NCBI GenBank assembly: GCA_029838215.1
Contig: JALGVI010000020.1
Coordinates: forward strand, 1-37,810
Length of the DNA stretch: 37,810 nucleotides
Reading direction: 5' to 3'
Source: Candidatus Helarchaeota archaeon
GTDB lineage: Archaea > Asgardarchaeota > Lokiarchaeia > Helarchaeales > RDOG01
The translations under genes and the position numbers were made by a program. The notes beneath the pieces were generated by a model that saw nothing but the letters and a program-made list of their open reading frames with translations, did not search any database and had not been told where the DNA came from. Positions 1 to 10,950 of this stretch are shown here, piece by piece (position 1 is the stretch's first letter; every line of letters begins with the position of its first letter).

Positions 1-1
1 G

Positions 2-79
2 AACGCCGCAAGGAACATCGCAAGGCGCGGGCAGGACGCATGGGACGAATTCGCCGCCGCCATTGGTGCTTCCACCTGA
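2..79 (+). mobile_element. tnpB: 3' end (partial, runs off window) of a TnpB/IS200-IS605-family (Cas12f-like) RuvC nuclease gene
   Basis: Frame 2 reads NAARNIARRGQDAWDEFAAAIGAST*, matching the C-terminal RuvC-III signature D-x-N-A-A-x-N-I of TnpB/Cas12f. The catalytic Asp would lie just outside the window. The segment is much more GC-rich than the surrounding DNA. Confidence 0.7.
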
Positions 80-92
80 CGAAAAACATTAA

Positions 93-100
93 TTATAAAT
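93..100 (+). promoter_or_regulatory. Putative archaeal TATA box for the downstream structured RNA
   Basis: TTATAAAT with purine-rich GAAAAA upstream (81-86). It lies ~20-25 nt before the first hairpin at 118/119. Confidence 0.45.
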
Positions 101-117
101 AAAATCATCATCATCAT

Positions 118-210
118 GGCGCACCCCCAAGGTGCGCGTTTCCGTCTTCTGATGGGACGGAACTCCCTTGGACGAGGACGTGTCTCCCGGCATGTCCATT
201 AATGTCCAAG
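118..210 (+). ncRNA. Structured non-coding RNA, candidate omega/reRNA or IS right end
   Basis: Three stems: GCGCACC/GGTGCGC (119-137), TTCCGTCT/GGACGGAA (140-162), and nested CTTGGACG/TGTCCAAG (167-210) enclosing GGACGTGTC/GGCATGTCC (176-197). Four G-U pairs form only on the + strand. Confidence 0.65.
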
Positions 211-292
211 TTTATACCATCAGTTATATAGGATAAAATTATCTAATGCTTAACTTTTTTATATTTTCCACTATGAACGACTTGTTAAGTTT

Positions 293-1111
293 TTATTGCC
301 TCGCGGTTACTTGAAACAGCCAAGTCGAAGCAATGGTGAATACGATTCCCAATATAATTAAAATCGGAAATGTAAACCCGATTGGCCAACTGCTACCCGG
401 TAATAACCAAAATCTTAGTGCATTTGTAGCAATATTTAATGGATTTAACGTATGCATGTTAAATAAAGGCAAGCCGACTATTGCTAGATTATCGGGAAAG
501 ATAACATCGGACGTGAAGAACAATGGCATTGCGATGATGCTCGTGACCAAAAAATATGTTTCAGAATCCCGAAAGAGCGATGAAAGAAGGCTCATGAAAC
601 CTCCAACAAATAAGCTGGCAAAAACGATCGTAACTGAAAGGCCAATGATTGAGATAAAAATCCCTAATGCACCAAGTGGCGTTACGAAAAGCATTGTTCC
701 ACGTTTTACGAAAATTGCCATTAACAATCCCGTAACCAATACACCAATCCCTTGGTAAAAGGCGCGAAATGCTCCCGAAAGCGAGTTTCCAAGAATTATT
801 GCAATTCTAGGGGCAGAAGAAACCAAAATTTCCTCTTGAAATCCAATCTCACGATCATTCACTATGGCAAATGCGGAGAATTGAGAAGCAAAAAATACGC
901 TCATTATCATTACCCCCGCCACTAAATAATCAAACAAGCCCGGGAGAAGTGAATCCAAACCAAAACCAAATGCAATTAAGAGCAAGATGGGCAATCCAAA
1001 CTGTCCCACGAGTATGACCTTGTGTCTAATAATTCGAAGAAGCTGACGTTCTGTTATTGCCCAAACCGATGAAATTAAATGCTTTGTACGGTCTAATAAT
1101 GTTTCTTCCAT
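293..1111 (-). CDS. ABC-2 type exporter permease
   Basis: About six hydrophobic segments, DREIGFQEEILVSSAPR ABC-2 motif, LNP near the C-terminus. Directly follows the ATPase gene. Confidence 0.92.
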   Translation of the reverse strand: MEETLLDRTKHLISSVWAITERQLLRIIRHKVILVGQFGLPILLLIAFGFGLDSLLPGLFDYLVAGVMIMSVFFASQFSAFAIVNDREIGFQEEILVSSAPRIAIILGNSLSGAFRAFYQGIGVLVTGLLMAIFVKRGTMLFVTPLGALGIFISIIGLSVTIVFASLFVGGFMSLLSSLFRDSETYFLVTSIIAMPLFFTSDVIFPDNLAIVGLPLFNMHTLNPLNIATNALRFWLLPGSSWPIGFTFPILIILGIVFTIASTWLFQVTARQ

Positions 1112-1114
1112 TTT

Positions 1115-2164
1115 TTATCGCCTCCTCCTATGTCTGAAGCCGCGTGTCTTTCCGCTTAGTTGTTCGTTCCGCATGCGGATCTTCCAAAGTTCTTCACCAT
1201 GTTCATCTTGATCACGAAGACCACGTCCGGTATGTTCTATGAAAACGTCCTCCAAGGTCGGTTTGTTGATTTGCACGGACTTGAACTTGAGTTTATTCAT
1301 GGTTCCGCGTGAAATGATTTCAGGGATGGCTTCCTCGGCAGGTATCGAAACCATTATTCGGTAAGTATCCGTATTTTCCATTGATGTTTGTTTTATGGGA
1401 ATTATATCCGTAATAAAGTCTAAACCATCACCAATTGCTTCTTTCGTGAGTTCGCCATGGCTCAATTTAACTTCAACATATTCTGAGCCAATTTGTGCCT
1501 TCAACTGCTTGGGATGGTCGATCGCAATTATCTTGCCGTGGTCTATGATCGCCACCTTATTACAAATCTCTGCCTCATCAATGTAATGAGTTGTCATAAA
1601 AATCGTGATTTCCTCTTCCTTGTTAAGCCGTTGGATGTAGTCCCAAATGCGACGGCGATTTTGAGCATCCAAACCGAGTGTCGCTTCGTCTAAAAACAAT
1701 ATTTTGGGATGAAATAATAAACCGCGCGCAATTTCTAATCTCCGTTTCATGCCACCAGAATAATGACGGACGAGATCATCCTTTCGATCAAGCAAATCGA
1801 CTAAATTGAGAATATCTTCTATTCTCTGCTTCCTTCTATCTTTGCTCATGTTGCCAAGTCGTGCAAAAAAACGCAGGTTTTCATAACCGGTTAATAAATC
1901 ATCCAAAACAATTGATTGAAAAACAATCCCAATATATTTTCTAACTTTTGTCGGTTGGGAAAGAACATCGTATCCAAAAACCTTCGCAATGCCACTCGTA
2001 GGTCGAAATAACGTGCAAAGTATCGAGATTGTTGTTGATTTTCCGGCACCGTTAGGACCCAACAAGGAGAAAATTTCACCTTCTTCAACGTCAAAAGTAA
2101 CGTGATCCACGGCAACCAATTGCTTGAACTTTTTAACCAGATCTTTACATTCAATGACTTTCAA
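1115..2164 (-). CDS. ABC exporter ATP-binding protein (DrrA-like)
   Basis: Walker A GPNGAGKST, signature YSGGM, Walker B ILFLDE, H-loop TTHY. Confidence 0.95.
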   Translation of the reverse strand: MKVIECKDLVKKFKQLVAVDHVTFDVEEGEIFSLLGPNGAGKSTTISILCTLFRPTSGIAKVFGYDVLSQPTKVRKYIGIVFQSIVLDDLLTGYENLRFFARLGNMSKDRRKQRIEDILNLVDLLDRKDDLVRHYSGGMKRRLEIARGLLFHPKILFLDEATLGLDAQNRRRIWDYIQRLNKEEEITIFMTTHYIDEAEICNKVAIIDHGKIIAIDHPKQLKAQIGSEYVEVKLSHGELTKEAIGDGLDFITDIIPIKQTSMENTDTYRIMVSIPAEEAIPEIISRGTMNKLKFKSVQINKPTLEDVFIEHTGRGLRDQDEHGEELWKIRMRNEQLSGKTRGFRHRRRR

Positions 2165-2312
2165 TTTTAATTCATCTTTGTTTTATTTTGTTGATTTCCA
2201 ACTGATGATTAACCTGAATTTCAATTTAAAAAATAATTTTTACGAGTTTCTGATTCCTGAAGAAAACGTAACAAACCTGACTTATTAATCATTATATTCT
2301 GGAATTGATAAT

Positions 2313-3371
2313 CTATGAATGACATCGTTCCTTAAGCATAATTGCACCTTGAGGACATCCATATTTTGGTGATGCACACATTCCACAACCAAAGCATCGG
2401 TTGGGATTTACCTTGGCTTTCCAGTTTCCCGTGTGTTGTTTTCTAATCTCATACCATGACGGCGGGTCCTTACGAATCTGTAGTCCCCAACCATTACGAT
2501 GTTCGGAATAATCATAAAATTTCAGTTTTATGACTTCTTTGTCTTCTTTTAACGGATCAACAATAGTTCCATCATCGTTCATCTTTAAAATGGCTCTAAA
2601 ACGGCATCGTTCGTTAATGCATTTAAAACAACCAATACACTTGTCGGGATCAATTTCCGCCACGAATGTGGTTTGTTGAATTATAGGTGTGGCAAATTGC
2701 CGAAATTCACGAAAACTTATGCAGCAACAATCACAACAGCAACAGATGTGATATACATTATCTTTATTTGGGTATGTCAAGGCCATCTTAATGAGCGCAT
2801 GCTTATCGGTCAAGTCCAACCAGTCTTCGAGTTCTTCTCTTGAAAGCCTTGAATAATTGGAATTATTTTCCAATGATTTTGAAACGTCCTGTGCCCAGCC
2901 AATCGTAAGGCAAGTCATTAATGGATTATCGCAATGCTTTATGATCTGACGGCAGAAGCACGGACCGATAAAAACTGCGGGAAACATCTCAACCAACTGT
3001 TCTATCGCCGCCTTATCGATGAGGACATTTTGGACATTCATTTTATGCTCAATTCTGATGGTCTTTCCTGTTTCTGGGCGTAAAGAAGGATGAATTGCCC
3101 CTAAATGCGGCACGGGACGAAACTTCCATCGCTTTGCTATTCCTCTCATGAAATATTTTTCAAGCTTCGGATGAATTTTTCCGAGTAAAAAAGCGATGCA
3201 GATGATGGGAATTTCCAATAATCGACCATAAAACAAGCTCCTCAGTTGGTTGCCGCTCATTGGAACTCTTGCACGATGAAAAGTATTGATTGCCAGATTA
3301 TACCAAGCCGGATTTTCAGGATCCGTTCTTTTTTGCCTGAAGAATCCCTTTGTCTTGCCTTTCTGAACCAA
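2313..3371 (-). CDS. Cys-rich 4Fe-4S ferredoxin-domain protein
   Basis: CFCR...C...C, ICCCCDCCC, and two CxxCxxC...C(P) motifs (CIGCFKC, CFGCGMC...CP). Start (TTG) is uncertain. Confidence 0.8.
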   Translation of the reverse strand: MVQKGKTKGFFRQKRTDPENPAWYNLAINTFHRARVPMSGNQLRSLFYGRLLEIPIICIAFLLGKIHPKLEKYFMRGIAKRWKFRPVPHLGAIHPSLRPETGKTIRIEHKMNVQNVLIDKAAIEQLVEMFPAVFIGPCFCRQIIKHCDNPLMTCLTIGWAQDVSKSLENNSNYSRLSREELEDWLDLTDKHALIKMALTYPNKDNVYHICCCCDCCCISFREFRQFATPIIQQTTFVAEIDPDKCIGCFKCINERCRFRAILKMNDDGTIVDPLKEDKEVIKLKFYDYSEHRNGWGLQIRKDPPSWYEIRKQHTGNWKAKVNPNRCFGCGMCASPKYGCPQGAIMLKERCHS

Positions 3372-3472
3372 TTAGACGACCTCAGAGATCTTTTTATTGA
3401 TCATACTTTAAGGAGAAATAATTTAAGATTATTATCTATTCCTGAGTAATTTATATCCCATTTCATAAATTA

Positions 3473-5500
3473 TTGAAAATAAAAAGAGATGAAATATTGC
3501 CTAAATTTAAGCTCCGTGCAGATTATTCCCCAACAGGTGATCAACCAGATGCCATCAAGCAATTAGTCAATGGATTAAATAAGGGATACAAGTATCAAAC
3601 ATTATTAGGTGTTACAGGATCAGGCAAAACCTTCACAATGGCTAACATAATTGAGAAAGTACAACGTCCCATACTTGTTTTGAGTCATAATAAAACTTTG
3701 GCAGCTCAATTGTGGCGGGAATTCAAGGAATATTTTCCTGAAAATGCAGTCGAATATTTTGTCTCATATTATGATTATTATCAACCGGAAGCATACATGC
3801 CACGAACTGACACTTACATCGCAAAAGAAACTTCAATCAATGCTGAAATAGAAAAATTGCGGCAATCAGCCACGGTAAGTCTCATGAGTCGAAGGGATGT
3901 CATAGTTGTGGCTTCCGTTAGTTGCATATACGGATTGGGATCTCCATCGTATTACAAACGCATGATGGTCTTGCTTAAAAAAGGCCAGGTAATTAATCGA
4001 AAAGTGCTTTTCAAAAGTCTCGTGGATATTCAATATGAACGAAATGACATGGGATTTGACAGAGGAAAGTTTCGCGTGAGAGGCGACACCATTGATATTT
4101 TTCCCACGTATTATGGGGATAATGTCATCCGAATTGAGATGTTTGGAAACGAAATTGAAAATATTAGCGAAATTGATTTTTTAAAGGGTGAAATTATTCA
4201 AGACTTGCCTCAAATCGCCATTTTTCCCGCACGGCATTATGTAGTTCCTGAAGACATGATTCAAAAAGCCATTAAGAACATTAGGACGGAGCTTGATGAA
4301 CGTCTGGCAGAATTGAAAGCACAAAATAAACTTATCGAACATCAGCGTTTAGAAGAACGCGTGAACTTTGACATTGAGATGCTCGAAAATATGGGGTATT
4401 GCACGGGAATTGAAAATTATTCTCGGTTCTTTGATGATCGTGTTCCTGGTGATCCACCCTTCACTCTTTTGGACTATTTTCCTGAAGATTTTATCTTGTT
4501 CATCGATGAAAGTCATGAAACCATACCACAAGTCCGAGGGATGTACTGGGGAGATAAGAGCCGTAAAGATAATTTAATAGATTACGGATTTCGCTTACCA
4601 GCCGCACGTGACAATAGACCGCTAACGTTCGAAGAGTTCGAAGAACGATTAAACCAGGTGATATTTGTCTCTGCAACACCTGCAGAATACGAACTCGAGC
4701 ATAGTACGCAAGTCGCAGAACTCATCGTCCGCCCTACGGGGTTGCTAGAACCCGAGATAATAATGCGACCCATAAAAGGACAAATCGATGATACCATTGC
4801 TGAAGCTAATAAACGAGTTCAGAAAAATGAACGTGTCTTGATCACGACCCTTACTAAAAGAATGGCAGAAGAACTCACGAATTATCTTCAAGACCTCGAA
4901 ATAAATGCCCGTTACCTCCATTCCGAAATTGGAACAATCGAGAGAATGCAGATATTGCGCGAATTGCGGTTAGGGACACAAAATGATGGTTTCGACGTGT
5001 TGGTCGGGATCAACCTACTCCGAGAAGGGTTGGATCTCCCAGAAGTCTCTCTAGTATGCATTTTGGATGCTGACAAAGTCGGTTTCCTACGATCCGAAAT
5101 GGCTTTAATTCAAACTGCGGGCAGGGCTTCCAGAAATCTCAATGGTCAAGTCATAATGTATGCAGATAAAATGACGGACGCACTCACGAAAGCCATAAAC
5201 GAAATCTCCCGACGACGAAATAAACAAATTGCCTACAATAAAAAGCACGGGATCAAACCCCGTACAATTATTAAGCCCATTCAAGATGCACTCCCCATTA
5301 CAATGAAAGAAATTGACAAAACATTCGAAATCGCAGCCGAAGACATGGAAATGGTCATGCACGTTCTGGAAAAACAAATGAAAGAAGCCGCGGATAATTT
5401 AGAATTTGAGAAAGCCGCACTCCTGCGTGACCGAATTTTCGACCTAAAAAGCCAAATGAATCCAAAACGAAAGAAGAAAAAAAGAAAAAAAAATATGTAG
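3473..5500 (+). CDS. uvrB: Excinuclease ABC subunit B
   Basis: [24 protein letters not shown] beta-hairpin, [19 protein letters not shown]-terminal UVR domain [11 protein letters not shown]. Confidence 0.98.
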   Translation: MKIKRDEILPKFKLRADYSPTGDQPDAIKQLVNGLNKGYKYQTLLGVTGSGKTFTMANIIEKVQRPILVLSHNKTLAAQLWREFKEYFPENAVEYFVSYYDYYQPEAYMPRTDTYIAKETSINAEIEKLRQSATVSLMSRRDVIVVASVSCIYGLGSPSYYKRMMVLLKKGQVINRKVLFKSLVDIQYERNDMGFDRGKFRVRGDTIDIFPTYYGDNVIRIEMFGNEIENISEIDFLKGEIIQDLPQIAIFPARHYVVPEDMIQKAIKNIRTELDERLAELKAQNKLIEHQRLEERVNFDIEMLENMGYCTGIENYSRFFDDRVPGDPPFTLLDYFPEDFILFIDESHETIPQVRGMYWGDKSRKDNLIDYGFRLPAARDNRPLTFEEFEERLNQVIFVSATPAEYELEHSTQVAELIVRPTGLLEPEIIMRPIKGQIDDTIAEANKRVQKNERVLITTLTKRMAEELTNYLQDLEINARYLHSEIGTIERMQILRELRLGTQNDGFDVLVGINLLREGLDLPEVSLVCILDADKVGFLRSEMALIQTAGRASRNLNGQVIMYADKMTDALTKAINEISRRRNKQIAYNKKHGIKPRTIIKPIQDALPITMKEIDKTFEIAAEDMEMVMHVLEKQMKEAADNLEFEKAALLRDRIFDLKSQMNPKRKKKKRKKNM

Positions 5501-5512
5501 GCTCACGATTAA

Positions 5513-6019
5513 TTAAATAAAATACTGCTGGTGGTCAATACGTATTCGATCATATGCCACCTGATCAAGAACTCCCCTTTCATTTTTGTAATTCTTTATG
5601 AGTAAGTCTAAAAGTGTTAAGATTTCATCTCCCGTATTTCCTCTCAACTCACTTAGAAAAATCTCAAATGAATGATCGGCATAAGCAAGCCGAGTGCTCA
5701 CTAGAATATGAGCAAGAACATGACATTCGTAATCAATTAGTTGTTCTAATGGGAGTGTCTCATCTTCAGGTAAAGATTTCGAGATGACTTGATCGTAGAG
5801 TTCTTCATATCGGTGTTTAATATGTTTACCAAAACCCATTTCTAATAAAATGTTGATCATTCGCACGTTAGAACCGCTTTTAAACGTTTTCTGATCTCTT
5901 GATTCAAGAGACTTAATGATCTTTGTGATATATTCGTCGAACAGCTTGATAAATTTTGATCTCACTTCATGTATTTGCAAAAATGCAGAGATCATTTCTG
6001 TATCTGTAAGTTTCATCAT
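5513..6019 (-). CDS. Hypothetical helical protein
   Basis: 168-aa ORF with protein-like composition, co-oriented downstream of the methyltransferase. No motif recognised. Confidence 0.7.
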   Translation of the reverse strand: MMKLTDTEMISAFLQIHEVRSKFIKLFDEYITKIIKSLESRDQKTFKSGSNVRMINILLEMGFGKHIKHRYEELYDQVISKSLPEDETLPLEQLIDYECHVLAHILVSTRLAYADHSFEIFLSELRGNTGDEILTLLDLLIKNYKNERGVLDQVAYDRIRIDHQQYFI

Positions 6020-6139
6020 TAAAACCTCAAAAATTCACCATTAAATTCAAACAAAAAGAAGATCCTGCATGTATTGAAGAGATCATTAATAATAAGATTT
6101 CTTGAGACAGGAAAAAAAATGAAAGGAAAGTGATTTAAC

Positions 6140-7198
6140 TCAAAAATTCAACGGGAAACGTCCAAACTTCTTTCCAGCATTAATTAAAGCCCAAATGTTT
6201 GCACTGGGAGTTCCCACGGCAATATCGCAAGCAGTACTCAGGCAAAAACGACCACCATCACCTGCTTGCTTGATACATTCGAGTGCCTCCTTCTCTACGT
6301 CTGATGGCTTCCCTCGTAATAACGTCGTCGTCGAAACGTTACCCAACGTGATGATCATTTTCTTGGAAAATACTTCCTTTGCCTTTTTCAAGGAAACATC
6401 ATCAACACTCATTATTAAAAGACCCCGAAGTCGAGCCAAGTCCTTCAAAATCCCATCGACATCACCACAGATGTGGAGTAGAATGCCTATTGTGTTGACT
6501 TTCCGAATGATTTTTTTCAAGTACGGGAATGCGAATTCGCGGAAAAATTCGGGCGAAATGCAGGAACATGACGCCGTTGGTTCGGCAATGCCAACCCCTA
6601 GTAAACCCTGCTCTATCTGGGCATTTAAAAATTCAATTATGGTATCGGTGATGATTCCCAAAGCCTCGTGCACGACATCAGGTTGCCGTATCATTGCACG
6701 CATTAGATTCTCCATCCCAAAAACGCTTCCCGCAGCAGTAATTGGACCTTCAGAACCACCTGAATAAAGAATGTTCTTTACGTTAGCATATTTTTCAGCA
6801 AAGTACTTACCTGCTTGTATTACAACCGGCATTCTACCTGCAGAATGTGGATCCAAGACTTCAAGTTTCGTAACGTCATCGAGCGTCTTTAAAAACTCTT
6901 CCTCAAACATTGGAATCGTGGCTTGTTCGTAAGTCAACTTTGTACCAAAGGCTTCACCAACGACATTCAAATCGCATAAGGATATGGCGAATGGAAGGTC
7001 GAACTTATTTCGCACGAAAATTTGAGCCTTTGCCAAATTCTTCGGGTCTTTCATTATTTGTGGGGCGGGTATTCCACTGGTCTTATGATACTCGTTGATG
7101 GCATATCCCAAACTGATGGGAAAACTTGGAATTCGTCCTCCATCCTTTCCCAAAAGACCATTCAATAATTCCTGATCTTCGAAAATTTCGTGAATCAC
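6140..7198 (-). CDS. Methylcobamide:thiol methyltransferase, MtaA/CmuA (uroporphyrinogen decarboxylase) family
   Basis: GRMPVV, GPITAA, EPTAS, LHICG, STACD zinc-ligand motifs. GTGA overlap with the upstream corrinoid-protein gene. Confidence 0.88.
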   Translation of the reverse strand: MIHEIFEDQELLNGLLGKDGGRIPSFPISLGYAINEYHKTSGIPAPQIMKDPKNLAKAQIFVRNKFDLPFAISLCDLNVVGEAFGTKLTYEQATIPMFEEEFLKTLDDVTKLEVLDPHSAGRMPVVIQAGKYFAEKYANVKNILYSGGSEGPITAAGSVFGMENLMRAMIRQPDVVHEALGIITDTIIEFLNAQIEQGLLGVGIAEPTASCSCISPEFFREFAFPYLKKIIRKVNTIGILLHICGDVDGILKDLARLRGLLIMSVDDVSLKKAKEVFSKKMIITLGNVSTTTLLRGKPSDVEKEALECIKQAGDGGRFCLSTACDIAVGTPSANIWALINAGKKFGRFPLNF

Positions 7199-7848
7199 GT
7201 GGAACTTCCTCCAAAATATTCGTCCAGTAACCGTTGAGCCATGTTCGCATCCTTTGCATAAAAATCAGCACCAATCTCTTCTCGGAATTTGTCATCAACA
7301 GCGGCTCCACCGATTATAATTTTTAGTTTATCTCGAAGTCCTGCATCGTTTAATTTTTTCATTACATCTTTCATGCTCTCTAAAGTGGGTGTCATCATGG
7401 TGGACATCGCCAGAACATTAGCATTATTCTCCTTAATCGTGTTGATAAATGTTTCAGCTTTAACGTTTCTTCCGCAATCAACACACTTGTAACCGCTAGC
7501 TTCGAGAAAATATCGAGTAATGGTCTTTCCAATTTCATGAATATCTCCATGCACGGTACCTATTACTACCGTTGCTTTGTATGAAATGTCGCCTTCTTTT
7601 AATTTTTCTTGAAGAATTTCCATTCCCACGCGGCATGCATCAGCAGAAATTATAATTTCCGGCAGGAAATATTCCTTGCTTTCATATTTCTCTCCAACAA
7701 TCTGCATTCCTTTTGCCAAACCTTCAAGTATCGCTTTTTTTGGCGGGATATTTTCTTTAATAGCTTTATTTGAAAGCTCGATTACCGATTCTTCATTTCC
7801 TTCTATAACAGCATTTCGTAGACCGTGAATAACATCCAAAAATACCAC
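7195..7848 (-). CDS. Corrinoid (B12-binding) methyl-accepting protein, MtaC/MttC-like
   Basis: Helical cap domain (GM..VG..YE..EYFLPE), GDIHEIGK cobalamin motif, IIGGAA. True start may be TTG at 7839. Confidence 0.93.
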   Translation of the reverse strand: MVFLDVIHGLRNAVIEGNEESVIELSNKAIKENIPPKKAILEGLAKGMQIVGEKYESKEYFLPEIIISADACRVGMEILQEKLKEGDISYKATVVIGTVHGDIHEIGKTITRYFLEASGYKCVDCGRNVKAETFINTIKENNANVLAMSTMMTPTLESMKDVMKKLNDAGLRDKLKIIIGGAAVDDKFREEIGADFYAKDANMAQRLLDEYFGGSST

Positions 7849-8007
7849 CTAGTTTTTTATTAATTCATTAAAGATTATAAATTGACCTAAAAACACCCCA
7901 TTTTAATCAATTAATGATTTTTCGATTTTTTCATGTCGTCAGTAATATTTTTTAAACAAATTTCTAATCTAACGGCAGGAAATCCAAACCGGTTCAGTGA
8001 TTCTTGA

Positions 8008-10935
8008 ATGAATAAATTGGTAATTAAAGGAGCCCGGGAACATAACCTGAAAAATTTCGATTTAGAGATACCTAGAGATAAATTCATAGTTATTACGGGT
8101 ATATCGGGATCTGGTAAATCTTCACTTGCATTTGATACAATATATGCAGAAGGTCAGCGTCGATATGTAGAATCGTTGTCTGCTTATGCTCGTCAATTCT
8201 TAGGAAAAATGTTAAAACCAGATGTTGAATCAATCGAAGGTTTATCTCCAGCAATCGCTATCGAGCAGCGAGCATTATCCCATAATCCCCGCTCCACGGT
8301 CGGCACGGTTACTGAAATCTATGATTATTTAAGATTGTTGTTCGCAAGGATAGGAAGACCACATTGTCATCTATGCGGACGTCCAATTGCAAGACAAACA
8401 GTGCAGGAAATTGTCGATCAGGTGTTGTCATTTGAAAGAGGATCAAGAATCATCATTCTTTCACCACAAATACGTGGACGTAAGGGTCATTATGCCAAGT
8501 TATTTCAAGATTTGAAAAAGAAAGGTTTTGTCCGCGTGAGAGTTGATGGAGAAATTATTCCATTGGCATCTCCCATCAAGCTTGATAAGAATAAAAAACA
8601 TGATATCGAAATTGTCGTTGACAGGTTAGTCATTTCAGAAGAAGTTGAAAGGCAACTTACTGATGCTATTGAAACAGCATTGAATTTTGGAAATCGTGTC
8701 GTGTCCATTCTCGTTCTTGATCAAAATGATCCTCGCTGGAACAAGGAACTAATTTTTAGCGAAAATCTCGCCTGCGTGCATTGTGGTATTAGTTTTGAGG
8801 AATTAAATCCAAGAAATTTCTCATTCAATACACCATTCGGCAGCTGTCCCGTGTGCGAGGGCTTGGGCGTTAAAAAAGAGATTGACATGGGCCTTTTAAT
8901 TCCGGACGATACGCTCTCAATAAATCAAGGTGCCATCAGTGCATTAGGGGAAAATCGAAATACGTATTTCTTTCAAATGGTTCGATCGGTTGCTGAGCAT
9001 TATAACATCGATTTAGATAAGCCGTTTCGGGAGTTGACCAAAAAAGAAAGAGACATCATCCTAAATGGTTCTCCTGATATAATTCACTTCAAACTAGGGC
9101 GCGAAGGTGAGAATGTCTATGAGTTTCGGCGGAAATATGAAGGCGTCATCAATAACATGCAACGTAGATATCGCGAAACAAAATCGGAATGGTCTCGAGA
9201 ATTGACCGAAAGCTTCATGCAGGAACGAACTTGCCCGGCGTGTAATGGGAACCGACTTCGCCCAGAATCACTTTCGGTTCGTATAGGCAAGCATAATATA
9301 ATGGATCTTTGCCACGTTCCACTAATAGAATTACCCTCAATAGTCAATGAAATAAAATTGAATGATCGCGAAAAAATAATCGCAAAAGATGTCCTGAAGG
9401 AAATTAAAAATCGCATTCAATTTTTATTAAATGTGGGGCTTGGATACATCACGTTAGATAGAATGGCGAGCACTCTTTCTGCTGGTGAATCGCAACGTAT
9501 TCATTTGGCCACCCAAATCGGTTCAAACTTGGTCGGTGTTTTATATGTTCTTGATGAACCGTCAATCGGATTACACGCACGTGATAATGAAAGACTCTTA
9601 AACACGCTAGAAAAATTGAGAGATCTCGGAAATACGGTATTGGTCGTCGAACACGATCATGCAACTATAGAACGTTCGGATTTTGTAATTGATTTGGGTC
9701 CTGGAGCTGGTGAAAATGGAGGTTATGTCGTTGTTGCAGGATCACCAGAAGACGTAAAAAATTGTGAAGAATCCATAACAGGACGATTTTTAAGTGGAAA
9801 GGAAGAAATAGAAATTCCCGCGATGAGACGAAAAGCCCTCGATTGGATAGAGATCCGAGGTGCCAGGCACCATAACTTAAAAAACATAACGGTAAAGATC
9901 CCTCTTGGTGTATTTACTTGTGTCACGGGCGTTAGCGGTGCGGGTAAAAGCACCCTGATAAATGACATTCTATATAATCAATTAGCAAGCGAAATCAATG
10001 ATGCTTCGCTGATTCCGGGAGACCACGATGTCATAGTAGGAACCGAAAAAATAGACAAAATAATTAACATCACGCAAGCTCCGATAGGACGAACAACTCG
10101 AAGTAATCCTGCAACGTATTCAAAAGTTTGGGACGAAATACGAAAGGTTTTTGCTGAAATCAAAGAATCCAAACTTCGAGGCTATAAGCCCGGACGATTC
10201 AGTTTTAACGTGCAGGGCGGCCGATGTGAAGCCTGTCAAGGTGATGGTCTCATAAAAATTGATCTCGTCTTTTTAGCCCCGGTATTCGTGCCGTGCGAAG
10301 TTTGTAAAGGTGCAAAATACAATAGAGAGACCTTGGAAATCAAATTTAAGGAGAAAAGCATTGCAGATGTCCTAAACATGAGCGTAGATGAAGCATTGGA
10401 TTTCTTTAGTGCTTATCCTAAAATACGGCGTATTCTCCAAACACTCCAAGATGTAGGTCTTGGTTACATTAAATTAGGACAGTCAAGCCCTGTTTTAAGT
10501 GGTGGCGAAGCACAGCGCGTGAAATTAGCCCGAGAACTTTCTAAAAGATCGACAGGACGGACGCTCTATCTCTTGGACGAACCAACCACAGGTCTTTCGA
10601 CCTATGATATCAAAAAATTGCTGAATGTATTGCAGGTCTTGGTCGATAAAGGGAACACGGTTTTAGTCATTGAACATAACTTAGACGTGATAAAATCCGC
10701 AGACTATATCATTGATCTCGGTCCTGAAGGTGGAACGGATGGCGGTCAAGTAGTCGCAACGGGAACTCCAGAGGAAGTATCAAAGACGAATACGCATACC
10801 GGTAGATTCCTAAAAAAGATAATCCAGTCCGAAAAATTAAGCAATCCTACAAGCAAATCAATTTCAAAAACGCAACCAATCGTTAGATCTTCGAAAAAAA
10901 GCAAACCAAAAAAAAAGAGGAAAAACAAAAAATGA
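8008..10935 (+). CDS. uvrA: Excinuclease ABC subunit A
   Basis: GAREHNLK, two Walker A ([16 protein letters not shown]), [16 protein letters not shown] signatures, zinc-finger CxxC pairs. Confidence 0.98.
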   Translation: MNKLVIKGAREHNLKNFDLEIPRDKFIVITGISGSGKSSLAFDTIYAEGQRRYVESLSAYARQFLGKMLKPDVESIEGLSPAIAIEQRALSHNPRSTVGTVTEIYDYLRLLFARIGRPHCHLCGRPIARQTVQEIVDQVLSFERGSRIIILSPQIRGRKGHYAKLFQDLKKKGFVRVRVDGEIIPLASPIKLDKNKKHDIEIVVDRLVISEEVERQLTDAIETALNFGNRVVSILVLDQNDPRWNKELIFSENLACVHCGISFEELNPRNFSFNTPFGSCPVCEGLGVKKEIDMGLLIPDDTLSINQGAISALGENRNTYFFQMVRSVAEHYNIDLDKPFRELTKKERDIILNGSPDIIHFKLGREGENVYEFRRKYEGVINNMQRRYRETKSEWSRELTESFMQERTCPACNGNRLRPESLSVRIGKHNIMDLCHVPLIELPSIVNEIKLNDREKIIAKDVLKEIKNRIQFLLNVGLGYITLDRMASTLSAGESQRIHLATQIGSNLVGVLYVLDEPSIGLHARDNERLLNTLEKLRDLGNTVLVVEHDHATIERSDFVIDLGPGAGENGGYVVVAGSPEDVKNCEESITGRFLSGKEEIEIPAMRRKALDWIEIRGARHHNLKNITVKIPLGVFTCVTGVSGAGKSTLINDILYNQLASEINDASLIPGDHDVIVGTEKIDKIINITQAPIGRTTRSNPATYSKVWDEIRKVFAEIKESKLRGYKPGRFSFNVQGGRCEACQGDGLIKIDLVFLAPVFVPCEVCKGAKYNRETLEIKFKEKSIADVLNMSVDEALDFFSAYPKIRRILQTLQDVGLGYIKLGQSSPVLSGGEAQRVKLARELSKRSTGRTLYLLDEPTTGLSTYDIKKLLNVLQVLVDKGNTVLVIEHNLDVIKSADYIIDLGPEGGTDGGQVVATGTPEEVSKTNTHTGRFLKKIIQSEKLSNPTSKSISKTQPIVRSSKKSKPKKKRKNKK

Positions 10936-10950
10936 ATTTTCCTTGAGAAT

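Noticed and set aside
1-102. Arg-rich frame-1 reading ERRKEHRKARAGRMGRIRRRH...
   Set aside because: By-product of high GC. Frame 2 carries the recognisable NAARNI motif.
104-117. (ATC)4 microsatellite
   Set aside because: Too short to be meaningful by itself.
118-210. tRNA, SRP, RNase P or CRISPR interpretation of the hairpins
   Set aside because: No cloverleaf or TTC-RA loop, no recognisable conserved SRP/RNase P motifs, and no repeat-spacer periodicity here or elsewhere in the window.
3473-10935. Incomplete UvrABC system (no uvrC)
   Set aside because: uvrC is often unlinked, so absence from a 38-kb window is uninformative.
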